Both the position numbers and the translations under genes were made by a program. Under the pieces are notes generated by a model. The model searched no databases, was not told the origin of the DNA, and worked only from the letters and a program-made list of their open reading frames with translations. A stretch of DNA of 36,830 bases, taken from positions 1 through 36,830 of the forward strand of contig JAUCBJ010001544.1 of NCBI GenBank assembly GCA_032718475.1. Direction: 5' to 3'. Source of the stretch: Nemertoderma westbladi (taxonomy: Eukaryota > Animalia > Xenacoelomorpha). This document shows positions 34,573 through 36,830 of this stretch, piece after piece. Position 1 is the stretch's first letter, and every line of letters begins with the position of its first letter.

Positions 34573-34980
34573 TTATCGATGAACACACGATCCAACGCAT
34601 GTTTCTTTGTCTGGAGCGGTAAACGGTGTTTTTCTAAAATAGAACTACTGAGGTTCATAAGTTTCTTTCAGTGCACGGTGTGAGTTTGGATTGATGCTAG
34701 TTCATGTGTCTTTCTGTAGAAATGTTGCATCTTCCTCGTGATGTACTCCAGTATCCGGGACTCTGTGATGTACTGTTGTAATGTATCTCGTTGTATGCTG
34801 AGTTTAGCAATTTTAGCGTGTGTAGAACATACAGCAGCCGCTAAAGAACGGCGTTTGAAATTAAAAAGGATCCTATTGTAACTCGGGTGTTCGATGTTAA
34901 TCTTAATTGCACTGTCGATGGTATTGGATGGTTATAGGAATGTTATTGTTAAAGTTGTTATTGCTCTTTTAATCATCATG
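32870..34980 (-). mobile_element. Penelope-like retroelement, decayed (N-terminal region and RT; no GIY-YIG seen)
   Basis: LSKGPQFA, LYGNPKTHKVDEPMRPI, FSLDIVSMYTVIP, LGMG, FYDD, HPSIKYTME, LAFLDV, YIKPS, SSHP, NDYP. Confidence 0.9.
34476..34575. repeat. Small hairpin plus poly-G insertion in the Penelope ORF
   Basis: CTCCGATAGACCC...GGGTCTATCGGAG stem (34507-34542) followed by about 30 G. Confidence 0.6.
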
Positions 34981-35004
34981 GTATTACATATTGGAATGGG
35001 GTGA

Positions 35005-35899
35005 ACCGCAAGGTGACACATTAGCACCATTACTATTTGTAATTGTGCTGGATTACGCAATGAGGACGGCCACAAAGGGTGAAGATCTGGGATTCACACT
35101 TCAAGAACGCAGAAGTAGTAGATATCCGGCAACTACAGTCACAGACACCGACTTTGCGGATGACATCGCCCTGCTCTCTAATACGCTAGCAGATGCACAG
35201 CTTCTACTAAATAAAGTGGGGAGGGCTGCTAAGGAGGTTGGATTGCATATAAATGCTACCAAGACCGAATTCTTGACCTTTGATGTTGATGGAAACTTGA
35301 CAACCATTGATAATAATCAACTAAGGAAGGTCGATGACTTCCAGTACTTTGGATCATGGATAGAGAGTAGCAAAAAGGACATAGAATTTAGGAAAGCAAA
35401 GGCTTTTGGGTAGCTCTATCAAAAATCGATACCATCTGGAAATCAGATCTCTCCAGGCACCTGAAGACTAAGTTCTTTCAAAGCCACAGTGGAAAGTGTA
35501 TTTTTATACGGGGGTGAGACCTGGACACTGACTAAATCACTTGAACAACGAATTGATGGTTGCTACACAAGACTACTAAGGGCAGCCCTAAACATCAGCT
35601 GGAGACAACATATGCCAAACGCCGAGCTTTATGGTACAATACCACCCTCTGTGAACGCAGATTAAGATTCAGTGGGCACTGCTGGCGAAGTAAAGACGAG
35701 GTCATACCAGATCTACTCTTCTGGCAACCAACCAACCAACTTTGTAGCGTAGTCGTGGACGACCGGCCATAACATATATAGATCAACTTGAAAGGGATAC
35801 TGAACTTGGGAGAAACGAAATTGCGACAACTATGGAGAATCGGGAAGCCTGGAAGGATCTCAATTCCACTGTCCGAGTTCGCTCGACCTAGTAGTAGTA
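35005..35899 (+). mobile_element. RTE LINE family B, 5'-truncated
   Basis: QGDTLAPLLF, DTDFADD, GLHINATKTE, FQYFGS, RRLRFSGHCWR; (TAG)n tail; DNA sequence distinct from family A. Confidence 0.92.
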
Positions 35900-36830
35900 C
35901 AATTCACCACCGAATTTTCCAACACCCGAATGAACTACCTGGATATCACCATTTACCATCACAACAACACCCTCCTAACGAAACTCTTTAAGAAACCTAC
36001 TTCCAATAAACTTCCTATTTTATATTCCAGTTCTCACTACAAACCCGCACTCTTAGCAGGAGTTAAAGCCGAAATCCTAAGATATCGCCGTTTTACCAAC
36101 AACGACCACCACTTCAACATCGCCAGACACGCATATTTGGAGCTTTGCAAACACATAGGTTACCCCCTCAACTTCCTGTTAGGACTCTACGCATGGAAAC
36201 CCGACCCCCGACTACCCTGCAACCCCCCCACCACCCTCCCCCAATCACAAACACACCCGCCGATATACCTCGCGACCACACCCCATTTCATCAAAATGCT
36301 TTCTGCCACCGTTACTTGACACAAAAAATGAAAATCTTATCCGCGTTATCACAGTTCCCTGCAACCTGCCGAACCTCGGACAAATCCTCATCCGCAAAAA
36401 GCAACCCCAACGTAACACTGGTAACCAACCCTGCCACATCTCCCGATGCCTATGCTGCAAAGCAATAACTGACCCCACAACCACCCCATGGGGCGAATGC
36501 ATTACCGGTCATTTTAATTGTAAATCCCATAATATTCTTTATTTTATTGCGTGTAAATCTCACCCCAAGCAGTGGTATTTAGGCCAGACCGAACAATTTC
36601 TACATAAGATACTTAATGATCACCGGGCCACAATTCGCGATGCTAGGAAAGGTATCGACACAACTGACCCCGAAGTACTCCGTTTACAACACTTTACCGA
36701 CTGCCCCCTGCAAGACATCCACATCACCTGTTTCAAACAATTCTGTAACCACAACCACCTAATTAATTCCGTGTCCGTTCTGATTAACCTCCACCGTCCT
36801 CCCCTCAATAAAATCACACCAGCAATGTAA
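35900..36830 (+). mobile_element. Penelope-like element 3' part: RT thumb and GIY-YIG endonuclease
   Basis: NYLDITI..LFKKPT..YSSSH..GYP; PCHISRCLCC; FNCKSHNILYFIAC...WYLGQT...LNDHR...HF; frameshifted; runs off the window. Confidence 0.88.

Noticed and set aside
1-36830. Uni-strand piRNA cluster
   Set aside because: TE orientations are mixed and no small-RNA data are available; TE density alone is insufficient

Overview
Eukaryotic (animal, probably invertebrate) repeat-dense DNA, not prokaryotic. Three phase-compatible minus-strand exons (30066-30234, 20858-20927, 5222-5398) suggest a host gene with PAN/Apple-like and TSP1-like modules whose large introns are filled with mobile elements. These are: (1) a young CsRN1-clade Gypsy LTR element (1-4252, minus; tRNA-Trp PBS, CHCC Gag, -1 frameshift site, PR-RT-RH-IN with one lesion); (2) an 11.3-kb non-autonomous BEL/Pao-type LTR element (7340-18598, minus; about 560-bp LTRs, CACAC TSD) that keeps gag-protease, has no detectable RT/RNase H/integrase core, and carries a tandem array plus a long extra ORF encoding a DEDDy (WRN/RNase D-like) 3'-5' exonuclease with CCHC zinc knuckles; it has no tRNA-type PBS and instead has a 9-nt site complementary to its own LTR; (3) seven RTE LINE fragments, some forming large inverted repeats; (4) a CR1-like remnant, two Penelope-like elements and two minimal hammerhead ribozyme motifs; (5) an intronless decayed alpha-kinase gene missed by the ORF track; (6) MITEs and 26-, ~51-, 60- and 68-bp tandem repeats. 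All calls come from reading the sequence by eye; no searches were run.
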